From Felis catus (Eukaryota): DNA of 64,000 bases. Of this stretch, positions 49,505-61,650 are shown piece after piece. The position numbers were made by a program, and so were the translations under genes. The stretch is taken from positions 12,648,001 to 12,712,000 of the forward strand of contig NC_058383.1 in NCBI RefSeq assembly GCF_018350175.1, written 5' to 3'. Below the pieces are notes generated by a model, which saw nothing but the letters and a program-made list of their open reading frames with translations, made no database searches and was not told the origin of the DNA. Positions within the stretch are counted from its first letter, which is position 1; every line of letters starts with the position of its first letter.

Positions 49505-49721
49505 TTAAAAAAAAAATTTTTTTTTAATGTTTATTTTTGAAAAAGAGAGACAGAGTGCAAGAGGGGGAGGGGCAGAGAGAGAGGGAGACACAGATTCTAA
49601 AGCAGGCTCCGGACTCTGAGCTATCGGCACAGAGCCCAACGTGGGACTCGAACTCACAAACTGCAAGACCTGACCTGAGCTGAGGTCAGACGCTTAACCG
49701 ACTGAGCCACCCAGGCACCCC
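49505..49721 (-). mobile_element. Can-SINE (SINEC)
   Basis: reverse SINEC following a MER5A-like stub at ~49445-49505. Confidence 0.92.
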
Positions 49722-50851
49722 CACCCACAACTAAATCTTATCCCTCAAGTGCTAATCACTCCACGTGGGAACAGGAAGAATCCCATAAGACATTGTGGTT
49801 CTGCCATCATGCAGTGAAAACAGTTGCCTGTACCATCAAAGCCACCATTCGGAAGAACTCCATTACCACAGGATTCTGTACCTTTCGGCAAAAAGTTCAA
49901 TAAAAAACAAGACACACCCTCTATGTGTTTGTACTATAAACCATAACCATCGAATCAACTTGAGAAAGGAAAAAAAAAAAAAAAAAAGCAATCCTGATTC
50001 CAAAGAAATTGTGCTAAAACCTGCAATGTCAAGTTAACCAGAAGACATTTCTCTTGTAAGGCCATGAACCTGTATGTGCCTCTAATGCCTTATAAATAAA
50101 TAATGGACACAAAAATAGCAGTAATGAACTTGGAAAAATACTAGCTAATTTACACCATAATAGAAATACCCAGGGATCTTTAACAATTGAAGGACGGATG
50201 CCAGCCTCCCTAATAAGTACACCGAGCCATATGATTCCACATGTGAGTGTAATTTCTAAATTGCAGTGTACAATTCAGAAGGGTGTATGCTCTCTGAAAG
50301 GCAAAGAAGTATTTATATGAACGCTATTACTCAGCGGCATCATCCCCTGATGAGAAAAATCAAAGGAATTATTGGAACAATGTATTCCTTGAGGCCCAGG
50401 AGCCAAACGTCGCAGGAAAAGGCTATCATTAATTTTTATGCAGTTGCAGAGATCAACCGATGCTCTGTGCCACACGAAGCACACAGAGGTGCGAGCCTTT
50501 TGTGTGAGTGGCCTCTCTCCCTGCACCCCGTGTGGCTAAGAGAGCCGCCACCGCTATGCATCTGTGTCCCGGAAAAGCTCTGTCCCGAGGCTGGCTGTTG
50601 GTTGACACTGGGAATGATGGGGTCAGCTGCTGCGGATGGGTGGGTCACCACACGCCAGTGTCGCCCCCCCAAAACCCAAATCTGATATCCTCTGATGGAG
50701 TCTGAGTTCCTCATTCTGACCTGTGGGATCCTCCACCCACCCGGGTAGCTGTATTTTTAGCCATTTTCACTACTCTTCACCTATTTTCTTATGTTCCATC
50801 TTAAACTCCAACGCTTTTGAAATATTTCGAGTCTTCTAACATATCTTGCTA

Positions 50852-51081
50852 CAGTGGTTCTCAAACGGGGACAGTTTTGCCACACATACCCTCCCACACA
50901 CCTCGACGGACACTCAGAAAGCCTCAAGACATTTTTGACTGTCCCAAGTAGGGATGCTACAAACTTCTAGCAGCTGGAAGTCAGGGATGCTGCTGGACAT
51001 CCCGCAGTGCCCAGGACAGTCTCCTACAAAAAGGAATTATCCGGCCCCGGTTGCCGAAAGGGCCACTGTTGAGAAACTCTT
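50852..51081 (+). mobile_element. MER20 hAT-Charlie MITE
   Basis: 'cagtggttctcaaacgggg...gacatttttgactgtc...agggatgctgct...aggaattatccggcccc...gttgagaaactct'. Confidence 0.85.
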
Positions 51082-51084
51082 CCT

Positions 51085-51468
51085 TGGTAAATTGTACTAA
51101 TGGCCCCAAATCTTCACCTGTCCTTATGTCCATACCCTAAGCCCTTTCATTTTGCACCGTTCTCCCATCACTGATACACCTGCACCCCCGCCCCTTGACT
51201 CAATTCAGCCATGTGACTTGCTTTAGCCAATAGAGTGTGGCAGAAATGATGGTGTACGTGTCTCCACGTGTCTCTTGCTTCGGCCAGTGCCATGATAAAG
51301 ATATGCTAGTGATCCAGAACCAGGAGAAGGATGAGAGACACATGGAACGGAGCTGGTCCCCAACGAAGCCCAGTCCACAGGCAAACCCTTGAGAAACAAT
51401 GATCATTGTTGTAAGCCCCCAGGTTTGGGGGTGATTTGTTTTGCAGCAATAGCTAACTCTTACAAACA
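51085..51468 (+). mobile_element. MaLR LTR (MLT1-type)
   Basis: 'gccatgtgacttgctttagccaatag...gttgtaagcccccaggtttggggg...gcagcaatagctaact'. Confidence 0.75.
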
Positions 51469-52729
51469 CAATGCTGCTTTGTGCTTTTGTACCCGCTGCT
51501 TAGAAAGCTCCCTACCTTCACCTCCATCTTACTTGGAGAACTGCTACTAATCTTGCAAAGTAAAACTCAGGGATCCTGAAATCCTTCTTGGATCCCCTGC
51601 AGATAAATAATCGATACCTCCTCTTTGACACGCTTTTACTGTTGTACTGTGCTATGTGTATTAACTTGTCTTTCTCTCTCACTAGATAGTGAACTCCTCA
51701 AGGGCAGAGGTTTTGTCTCAACCCTCTGGCCCCAAGGCAACACAGCAATTAGAGTGGACATTCAGGAAATATTTATGGAATGTGAAGGGACGGACTAGAA
51801 GGCTGGGGGAGGGTGATTATCAAGGATATTTATCAGCTTTGGCTCTCACACTGCAATGTGCCTGGAACCTAGCCCAATCCCTGTGACAAAAGGAGAAACT
51901 GTTGGNNNNNNNNNNNNNNNNNNNNNNNNNNNNNNNNNNNNNNNNNNNNNNNNNNNNNNNNNNNNNNNNNNNNNNNNNNNNNNNNNNNNNNNNNNNNNNN
52001 NNNNNNNNNNNNNNNNNNNNNNNNNNNNNNNNNNNNNNNNNNNNNNNNNNNNNNNNNNNNNNNNNNNNNNNNNNNNNNNNNNNNNNNNNNNNNNNNNNNN
52101 NNNNNNNNNNNNNNNNNNNNNNNNNAAGGCTGAACAAGACATAATGCTCCCACTTCACTTGGGAGGGAGGAGAGTCACTCATGGAAACTAAGTGTGGTAT
52201 TGGAGCCTCACAAGGTAGGAAGAGGGAACCAAGGGAGGAAAGATACAGGGTCATGCAGAAGAAAGAGTCCAAACTTGGAAACAGACCATCTTGGATTGAA
52301 ATCTCAACCACACTTCAGGTCACTTCATGCCTCTGAATCTTGGTTTGCTCCTCTGCAAAACGGGGATATAAAACACATCTCCTCTAAAGGCTGTAATGAT
52401 AAAAAAAAGATAACACAACACGCATGAAAACCTGGTGCAAAAAGGCTCAGTAATTTTGGTCCCTTCTCCTCCTGTGGAAGTTTGGAGTAAAAACATATCA
52501 GAACAAATACGTAAAAATTAAGGGACCCCAGCCAAGAAAACATAAGCTCCAAAGAGATCGTCTTACCAGAAAATCAAGTAGGAAACAACTCAGTGGGAAT
52601 TAGAGGGCACTAGAAACCTCCTTCCCACCAACAGAGAGCCATGTGGCTGGATTCTGGCTGAGAGGCAGTAATTCTCAACTGTGTTTCTCTTGCAAAGATG
52701 GTTCCACGAACAGATGACCTGAACAGTCA

Positions 52730-52870
52730 GAGAAGGGTCCTGTGCTCGGAAGGGTTTTGTGCTTGGTTTAATAGTCTGCTGTTACTATCTTGAATTCTTT
52801 GTAATATTTAGACGACAGGTGCCAGATGCTTATTTTGCACTGGGCCCTGCGATTTAAAAGCCAGTTCTGT
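52730..52870. mobile_element. MER91A-like hAT-Tip100 MITE
   Basis: 'gcttggtttaatagtctgctgtt...cttgaattc...ttttgcactgggccctgc'. Confidence 0.6.
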
Positions 52871-54744
52871 GCTCTGGTCCTTCAGTCGGAATGGATAAGG
52901 GGTGGGATATCTTTCATCTGAGAATTCCTGTCTGCTAAAAGATGTGTGCAGCTCATAGGGCTCAGCCCACTGGGAAATTCTAGCCTGAAAGTCCTCAGAG
53001 CTATCACTACTATATAAAAATTCCTGGGAGAAAACACTCTTCCTGCAGACCAGGACTATCAGAGAAGGCGCCTTTCACTGCAAGTAACAGAATGTGGGGT
53101 CAAGAGTGACTTCGATGATAGAGATGAGGAATTATCTACGTGGAAACCTGGTAAGAAGCTGTACCAGGATGATTCGGCCCCTCTGTGACCCTCGTTGCCT
53201 TGACTCTGGTCACAATATGGTGGCAGCCATTCTAAACACAAGTCTTGCACTGAGAGAAGGAAGGGAAAACAGAGGTCTCTTGCCATATCTTCCTATTTTT
53301 GTTAGAGGAGGCCATCCTTTCCAGGAGTCCCCAGCAGATGATTCACTGGGTCTCATTGTGCAGACTGGGACAGATAACCACAGCCAGCTGCATGGAGGCC
53401 TGCTGGGCAAGTATAAATCTGCCAACAGGGAATGAGATGACTGTGCTGCCTTACTGTGATCTGCACAATGGTGGTTCCCATGACCAAGGAGGAAGGAGGA
53501 ACGGCCAGCGGACCGATGGCCTTGGATTAGGTGTCTCCCACTTCCATAGCTATCCTCACTTCTGAGAAGCTGACGGGAGCCTGCCTTCTCATCACGTACC
53601 AGAACTCACCGTTCATTGCTGCCAAAACCCCGCTGCGGAAGGCTGTTGTAGGGGGGATTAGAACAGTTCATCATCGCACGAGGACAACTCAAAGAGGTCT
53701 TAGGCCACCAGTTTCAAAAACACTCAGAGAAACTCTATGTTCTCGAATAATTTCTGTATTTACTCTGAGCCCCAGTTTTCTCTCCTGAAGAATGAGAACA
53801 CTAATGCTTACTATATAAGGCTGTGGAGAGGGTCAAATGAGATAATTCTGTAAAGCACTCAGTAGATGTTAGTTTTCTCTAACCCAGGCATTCTAGGTAA
53901 AGAAACAGAGCCCAGATGAGTTAAAAATGTACCTAAGGTAACAGTGTCTCAAAGTGGCAGGTGCTGGGCCCGTCCCACCTCTCTGCTCCTGGAGTATTTT
54001 CCCACCCAGAACATTCCAACACTTTCCTCTGAGCCTTGATGACTTCTAGGTGTTCAAGGGCTTCTCGCTAAAATGCAAATACTCCTGGAAAGGGGACCAC
54101 CATCACGAGCTAACTCCTGCTGGAGGAAGGCTCTTCTGGCAAAGGAAGGTCTGGGTGGGAAAAAGAGAGTGAGAAACAGGCTGAGAGGCCCCACAGGGGA
54201 CTTCCTGCTTTGCAATTTTGTCTCCAAAATCACACCCAAAAGAGTCAGGCGTGTGTCACCCAGGGTGTCACGACCTCAGCAATATTTGTATTTTCTCTGA
54301 GCTGACAGAACAAGGGTAGAAATGTAATGTAGAATTGTGTTAAGTCCTATTAAATTAGGGCAATGTTCAGATCCTGGCATGGAGCTTTAGATAATAACAG
54401 TTTATTGATTTGTGAATTGTGTTCAGTCGGAATTAGGCCTGTCAGCATAAAGCTGGGTTTTGGCAATGCGATCATTTTCAGCGACACAGCATTTGAATAT
54501 CAATATCAATAACATTTACCTTTAGAGATGAAAAAAATAAACACCTGCTACCATGACTATCAGGAATCAGGAACCTCCCAGTACGAGGCGTTAGGTGGGA
54601 GGGTCCACAGGTCTGTGGCCCTCCCCTCCAGGCCTAGGGCATCAACGTTCTGGGGTAAATACAGAGGCCACACCACAGCCTTACTACTGAAATGGTCTCC
54701 CCAGGGGCCCCACCCCAGGCCCACATTTCCCCATTCACAAACTG

Positions 54745-55102
54745 TTATTCTCTATTGTTTTATTCCGTTCATGCTGCTACAACAAAATACCCTAGTCAAT
54801 GTGGCTCATAAACAATAGGCGTTTCTTTCTCTCGTTCTAGAGGCTGGAAGTCCAAGATCAAGCGTCTGGCAAGAGCCTGCTTCCTGGTTCACAGATGGTG
54901 GTCTTCTTACCGTGTCTTCACGTGGAGGAAGGGGAAAGAGAGCTTTCTGGTACCTCTTTTATAAGACACTAATCCCATTCATGAGTGCTCGGCCCTCATG
55001 ACTTAATCACCTCCTAAAATCCCCACCTCCTAAGGCAACCACATTGGGGATTGGGTTTCATGCTGTGAATCTGGAGGGGGGACACATTCAGTCTATAGCA
55101 CC
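54745..55102 (-). mobile_element. MLT1A-type MaLR LTR
   Basis: 'ttctagaggctggaagtccaagatcaag...cactaatcccattcatgag...gacacattcagtctatagca'. Confidence 0.88.
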
Positions 55103-55269
55103 TAGCCATCTGCCTTCACCATTAAATGAAAAGTAGCAAGAAATCTACAAGCTGTGATTTGAAGACGCTTGAGAAGCCAGTCCCTCAAACGTTACTCTTC
55201 CCTGACCTTAAGCCTGGAATTCAAACCTTGATTCCCTCATTGGTGGTGCACATATTATATTCTATTTCA

Positions 55270-56262
55270 ACCCCTACTGGTTTACTGCAATTCAACTCTG
55301 CCACTAGCCACTTGAATTTAGCACAGAATTAAGTCCTCAGTCTTCCATAAGATTATCTGTCCTCTTGGGGCGCCTGGGTGGCGCAGTCGGTTAAGCGTCC
55401 GACTTCAGCTCAGGTCACGATCTCACGGTCCGTGAGTTCGAGCCCCGCGTCGGGCTCTGGGCTGATGGCTCGGAGCCTGGAGCCTGCTTCTGATTCTGTA
55501 TCTCCCTCTCTCTCTGCCCTTCCCCCGTTCATGCTCTGTCTCTCTCTGTCTCAAAAATAAATAAACGTTAAAAAAAAAAAAAAAAGATTGTCTGTCCTCA
55601 CTTCAGATACCAGCCAGACCTTGGCTTTCCCAGGCCATGCGTGCTTTTAACCGATGGCTACAAATTTGGGGGTTCCCACAACCCCCTAGGATTTGATCAT
55701 TTGTTAGAATGACTCACAGAACTCAAGAAAGCATTACACTTATGATTACAGTTTTATTATAAAGAATATAAATCCCAACCGGGTAAATGAAGAGACACCT
55801 AGGGCGAGGTCTGACAGGGCCGTCTATACTCCTCTCCCGGTGGAATGGGGACACTTGACCTTCCCAGGACATCAATGCTTTCACCAACCAGGAAGCTCCA
55901 CTGAGCTCTAGTGTCTAAGAGTTTTTAGTGAGAGGTTTCATGATGTCAAGATGATTGATGAAGTCACTGGCCATGTGATTGAACTCAGTCTCCGATCCCC
56001 CTGCTGCGTACAGGTCAAGCTGGCTCCCAGTCCCGACCCCCTAATCGCATGGTTGGCCTTTCTGGTGACCAGCCCCCACCCTGACATCCTGATGCTACCC
56101 GGGAGCCCACCATGAGTCATCTCATTAGCATAAATTCAGGTGCGACAGGAGGAAGGGCTCACGAATAACAAAGTGCTGTCACGTGGGAAATTCCAAGGGT
56201 CTTAGCTCCGTGCCAGAAACCCAGACAAAGACTAGACAAATTCTTTATTATATAATACACAC
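55270..56262 (-). mobile_element. MER21-type ERVL LTR split by a SINEC
   Basis: 'tttgttagaatgactcacagaactcaagaaa...ttcaccaaccaggaagctc...catctcattagcataaa...ggaaattccaaggg'. Confidence 0.8.
55367..55583 (+). mobile_element. Young feline-type SINEC
   Basis: near-consensus, CpG-rich, long A tail; TSD aagattatctgtcctc / aagattgtctgtcctc. Confidence 0.96.
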
Positions 56263-56879
56263 GTGCTGCCTTTGGAGCATAAAAATAGCCAAGCAGGTAA
56301 GCCATGGGACCCTTGAGTCCGTCCTTTTCCCTTTCAAGAGGAGACATTGAAAGAGCTAGTTTCCTTTGGTTTTTTGTTTCTAATTTCTTTTTCTTTTCCT
56401 GAATCAGGATTTCTTTTCCTGATACCCGAACACAGTGATTCTGGATCACTGAAACTTCACCCGGCCAAAATACCAGACTAGGACATTTCACCCCTGGCCC
56501 CAACCTCCCGACCGCAAACACATCTCGGTATCAACCACTAACTATTGTTTCAATGACATTATAAGCCCACAGACATTTGAAAATACAGTGCTCATTTTGT
56601 ATTCCTCACAGTCAGCACCTATTAAACTGCCAAGAACTTATCTGGTGCTCAATAAATACTTGTTCAGTTTAATTAGCTGGTTAATCTGAATATTAGCTAT
56701 AACGTATCCAATTCAGAAAACCACAAACATTTAATGAGCATAAACGGTAAACCAAGCTCTTGAGAAATAACAGTGAATAAAGCATAGTCTCTGGTCCCCA
56801 GGAGCTGACTATGGCGGGGGGAAGACAAAAAAAAAAAAAAAACCTCACATAATATTCTCATTATAAAATTTAAATTCTA

Positions 56880-57102
56880 GGGGCGCCTGGGTGGCTCCGT
56901 CGGTTAAGCGTCCGACTTCGGCTCAGGTTGTGATCTTGCGGTCCGTGAGTTCGAGCCCCGCGTTGGGCTCTGTGCTGACCACTCAGAGCCTGGAGCCTGT
57001 TTCGGATTCTGGGTCTCCCTCTCTCTCTGACCCTCCCCCATTCATGCTCTGTCTCTCTCTGTCTCAAAAATAAATAAACGTTAAAAAAAATTTAAAAAAA
57101 CA
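56880..57102 (+). mobile_element. Can-SINE (SINEC)
   Basis: full SINEC; TSD about taaattcta. Confidence 0.94.
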
Positions 57103-57589
57103 TAAAATAAATTCTATAATAGAAGTAATAGCAAAGTGCTGTAGGAACCTCCGTAATGATGATGTTTGGGTTGCAATGCATGCGTTGTAGGATCAGGAGG
57201 GAGGAATGCAAAGGAAGGAATTCACAGAAGAGAAGGTGCCCGAGCCATCCTTAATTGGAGGAGTTAGACACCCCTGGAAGAGCAAAAGTAAGTTTCAGGC
57301 AAAGCAAAACCGTGGGGGGGAGAAAGAATGAGAGTACAAAGGGGACACGTAGAGTAATTTTAGGATGGTAGGATTATCCGAATGGAAATGGGGCGGGAAG
57401 TGCATTTTATTATGCATTTGTCAAAACCCATAAAGCTTTCCATCACAAACAGTGAACTTCAATGTATGCAGATTTGTTTTAAGTCAACCAGGAGACGGGG
57501 AGATCGTAGGATGAAACACAGACTCTGACAAAAGAATCGAAATGTTTTACAAATGTATGAAGGGGGTTAGGGAAAAGAAGGACTGATCT

Positions 57590-57895
57590 AGGGGCCCCTG
57601 GGTGGCTCACTCCATGCTCTCTCTCTCTCTAAAGTAAAAAATAAATAAATAAATAAGGGGTGCCTAGGTGGCTCAGCCAGTTAAGCGACGGACTCTTGGG
57701 GTCGGCTCAGGTCAGGAACCCACAGTTCGTGAGTCTGAGCCCCACGTCGGGCTCTGCACTGACAGTGCGGAGCCTGCTTGGGATTCTGTCTCTCTCGCTC
57801 TTTCTGCCCCACCCCCGTTCATGTACGCTCTCTCTCCTTCCCTCTCTCTCTCTCTCAGAATAAATAAATAAACTTAAAAATAAATAAAAGTAAAA
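57590..57895 (+). mobile_element. Internally deleted SINEC (57590-57655) plus a full SINEC (57656-57895)
   Basis: 'ggggcccctgggtggctcac|tccatgctctctctc...aaataaata', then a second head 'gggggtgcctaggtggctcag'. Confidence 0.85.
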
Positions 57896-58359
57896 TGAAA
57901 TAACTGAAAGGAGGAGTGTCTTAGAAACCAAACAGGGACTATAGGGAAAGGCCAAATGCACAGACCGCGATTGTGGTATGAGCCTGTCAATAGATCTGGC
58001 TGCAAACAGCCATCGAGCAAAATGAACGCTAGACCCCACCGCAGGAGAAGCTGGGACTGAACAGGAAACAGTGGCAGGCGACATACACCAAGCCCTCTCC
58101 GATGCTGTCATGTTCAAAACACCCTGACATGGTCGAGCCTTCCCATTTCCACATTCAGTTTGAAACCGTTTCAAACGTGACGATAGACTTCTCCCGACAC
58201 AAAGCTCTTTTGAAAAATGATCGTGTGACATACAAGAAATAGAAGGTCCCCATCCATCTCTAATTTCAGCCTTGAAATTAGAATTTGCTCCTTCAGGGAA
58301 CAATGCGCTTCACATGTCCAAAGCCAGATTGACAACACGGGCTGTGAGTGATGTAATCT

Positions 58360-58578
58360 TTTTTTTTTTTTAACATTTATTTATTTTTGAGACAGAGAGA
58401 GAGAGAGAGAGCATGAACAGGGGAGGGTCAGAGAAAGAGGGAGACACAGAATCCGAAACAGGCTCCAGGCTCTGAGCTGTCAGCACAGAGCCCAACGTGG
58501 GGCTCGAACCCACAGGCCGCGAGATCGTGACCTGAGCCGAAGTCGGACGCTTAACCGACTGAGCCACCCAGGCACCCC
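58360..58578 (-). mobile_element. Can-SINE (SINEC, feline type)
   Basis: TSD tgagtgatgtaatctt / tgagtggtataatctt. Confidence 0.95.
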
Positions 58579-60141
58579 TGAGTGGTATAATCTTGCACTC
58601 ACTCCTGAGCAAAGCTATGATACAGTGGTGAGGAAGACCGGCCTTGACAGATAGGCAGGACGAGTTACAGAATCCGTTCTCACACTGGCAGTGTGATGTT
58701 CTTGGGCAATTCACCAAGCTTTACACAGCCTCCCTTTCCTCCTGTAGACAATAAGGTTTAAAAAATAAAAATAGTGACTTGGAGCTCCTGGGCACTTGGT
58801 AGGTGGAGCGTCCAACTCTTGATCTCAGAGTCTTGAGTTCAAGCCCCACGTTGGGGGGATGGGGTGCCTAGATGGAATAGGCCACAACAGGGTAATTGTG
58901 AGAACGGAATGAAAGACCATGCCTGGCACATACTGAGTCCCTGAATAAATGTTACCTTGTGGCAGTACGGTAATCCTAAGAGTTGCCTCCTTAGCTTCGT
59001 GTGTATAGTGACTCTGGATAGAACTAGCAAAATTTCTCGAATTATTGCAGAAATGTTCTCAGTCACATAGTCCCTCATCAACTTGCCAAGACTGCATAAT
59101 ATTTTGCGGTAAATGAGTAATAAAATATTGAATCAATTCATTTTGTCACTAGTTTACAACTTTAGGAAAAAGGAGGCTGATTTACAAGACGGAAAAAGTG
59201 AGTCAGTTATTTCTTTTTATTTATTGTTTTTTCAGACGGCTGGTATTTGTAAAGTCTCGTGTTGAGAGGAAAAGTCAGTCTCCCAGCTGTGGTTTTTCCA
59301 AGGACTCCCAAAGGAAGCGAAGGTGACACCCACTGTGATGTCACAGACTTTCTGAAAAAAACGTGATGCCCTTGGCAGGCCCAAGAGAGAGGAATGCTCT
59401 AGGCGAGACTGCAAGGTTTGTAAGACATCAGCAAAAACAAATCCTGCCTATTTAAAGGATGACATTTGATGGAAGCACAATGGAATTCGCTCTCTTTGTA
59501 GCAAAAATTTAAGGGCAGTTACCTTGCAAGGAAAGAAAGAAAATGTAATTAATTAATGCCAGTTGGTTTTGTCCATAATGAAGAAGACACAATGGGCCAC
59601 CATTCACCTCCTCTGCATTCAGAAGACATGTCTCATGCAAATACACCATTTTCTTTTAGGTTATTAGTTCGGTGATGGATTGAAACCAGAACCTTGAACA
59701 TAGCAAAGAACATTTTCTTCTAGTTCCTTTTACTTGGGACTAGGACATATGCAGCTGGGTGTCCTACATACTGTGGGCAGCTCAGAACTGTTGATGATTC
59801 TGACCTTGAGACGCACGATTTAGAAGAGAAATTAATTGTAAATCTTGAGTGTCAGCAGTACTTCTAAATATTATAAGGGATGTCAGAGACTGAGCAGGGA
59901 TTGAAGGCCCCTCAGAAGCTATGCAGTTGTGGGCACCTGGGTCTCAGGTTCACCGTCTTCTAAGTGGGAATATACCGGCAGGGCCTCCCCCTTAAATTAA
60001 GTATTTAATTTAAATATTAAGTGAGAGGACATCTGTCAGAGTCAGGACAGGGCCTGACAAGATATAAGACATCAATACATCGTCTGCTTTGTGATATCCG
60101 TTCTCTTTGTCAGTAATTAGCAAATACCCCTCAGTGGCTGC

Positions 60142-60680
60142 TATAGGGGAAGTACAATTTCTCCTCTACCTTGCAGGGTCTCTGGCTGGGCCTAGGAATT
60201 AAAATGGCACAAAACAGATTAACAGGAGAACAGCATGCAAATTCTATCCAGTAATTTGTGTACCCACGCGGGAGCCTTCACACGCACGATGAAGGCCCAA
60301 AGAAGCAGTTAGGGCCCAGAGTTTCTATGTTCGGTTGGACGAGGAGTAGTAAATTGTGAAAACATGACAAAGTGCAGAGATCTGGGCTCGCGTAGTTAAA
60401 TGCGGAAAAGTGACCAGGAACGCAAGGGTTAGTTCAACCAGGTGTCTTTGTACAGATTCCTCTCCACCTTGAGTCCCCGTCTCTGGTGATAAGAATGTTT
60501 CTTCCCTCCTGGCACAGGATTGGTACCTTTCCCAAGGGAGTTTTATCTCCTGCCTTCAAGAAGGAAAAGGAAGGTCAGAGTGCCCTTTTTACATCTGTTA
60601 TTCTACAAGTGCCTTTAATTTAAAGTGCTCAATATGCCAAAGCGGCTTATTCTGGGGTGGCATATTCGGGTGTCCTACGT
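60142..60680 (-). mobile_element. ERV1-class solo LTR (MER34-like)
   Basis: end 'caatatgccaaagcggcttattctggggtggcatatt' resembles the reverse-complement MER34-type 5' end; also 'aaaacagattaacaggagaa', 'aaggtcagagtgccc'. Confidence 0.65.
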
Positions 60681-61197
60681 GGCCTTCACATACTTGGGGT
60701 ACAACCCAAGTCAAAGGCAACACGATAGTAAGAGCTGCCTTGTGAGATAAGAAGTCTTATTCTATCTACTGCACCAATGAGGAAACAGGTGCAGAGAAGC
60801 TGACTTGCTCAAAGGCACGCAGAACCACGACTTGAACTCCCTTTGACGTTAGAGCAGTTCTCTACACTTCTGAACAACTGCCTCTCTCAGAAGAGGCACG
60901 AAAGTCGTTAGAAGATATGCTCCCCACCACCCATAAAACCTCCAGGGCAATGAAGAAAGGGTGACTTTGGGAAAGGAATAGGGTATCCAAAGCCATTCGG
61001 AACCGTCTCCATGAACCCCTTCTCCACAAAGGCAGCCGATATGATTCCCATGGGATCTAAGACTCCCACCCCCAAACATGCACGGATAACATTGGTTCCA
61101 AAGCTGCCAAGGCTACAGAAGAGGAGGGAGACCCAGAAGGAAAGAGCAGAGGCTGCGCCTGGGACTCAGCTCACCTCTAGCCTAAAGACGGAGGGAA

Positions 61198-61650
61198 AGG
61201 GACGCCTGGGTGGCTCAGTCGGTTAAGTGTCCGACTTCGACTCAGGTCATGAACTCACCGCTTTTGAGTCTGAGCCCTGCGTCGGGCTCTGTGCTGACAG
61301 CTCAGAGCCTGGAGCCTGCTTCAGATTCTGTCTCTGTGTCTCTGCCCCTCCCCAGCTCATTCTCTCTCTCTCTCTCTCTCAAATATAAATAAACATTAAA
61401 AATTAAAATTAAAAAGGGGCGCCTGGGTGGCGCAGTCGGTTAAGCGTCCGACTTCAGCCAGGTCACGATCTCGCGGTCCGGGAGTTCGAGCCCCGCGTCG
61501 GGCTCTGGGCTGATGGCTCAGAGCCTGGAGCCTGTTTCCGATTCTGTGTCTCCCTCTCTCTCTGCCCCTCCCCTGTTCATGCTCTGTCTCTCTCTGTCCC
61601 AAAAATAAATAAACGTTGGAAAAAAAAATAAAAAAATAATTAAAATTAAA
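61198..61650 (+). mobile_element. SINEC (61198-61415) with a young feline SINEC (61416-~61635) inserted in its A tail
   Basis: inner TSD about aattaaaattaaaaa; outer TSD about aaagacggagggaaa / aaagatgaaggcaaa. Confidence 0.93.

Noticed and set aside
50266-50685. 139-aa ORF after a possible splice acceptor (ttgcag)
   Set aside because: No domain similarity, GTG start and no partner exons; the region is better explained as non-coding.
5-52125. Nine N runs (5-192, 5520-5830, 12275-12429, 13550-13845, 19048-19178, 29317-29445, 30072-30219, 44484-44633, 51906-52125) and the X-containing ORFs across them
   Set aside because: Assembly gaps, several inside L1/SINE copies; no biological content can be read.
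59990-60022. Short AT-rich near-palindrome cttaaattaag...ttaaatattaag
   Set aside because: Too short, lies within a MIR-like remnant, and is expected by chance in AT-rich DNA.
9853-61392. Recurrent ~60-aa ORF family 'MAQSVKRPTSAQV...SLEPASDSVSPSLS' that could look like a repeated gene family or array
   Set aside because: These are translations of Can-SINE copies, not genes or CRISPR-like repeats.
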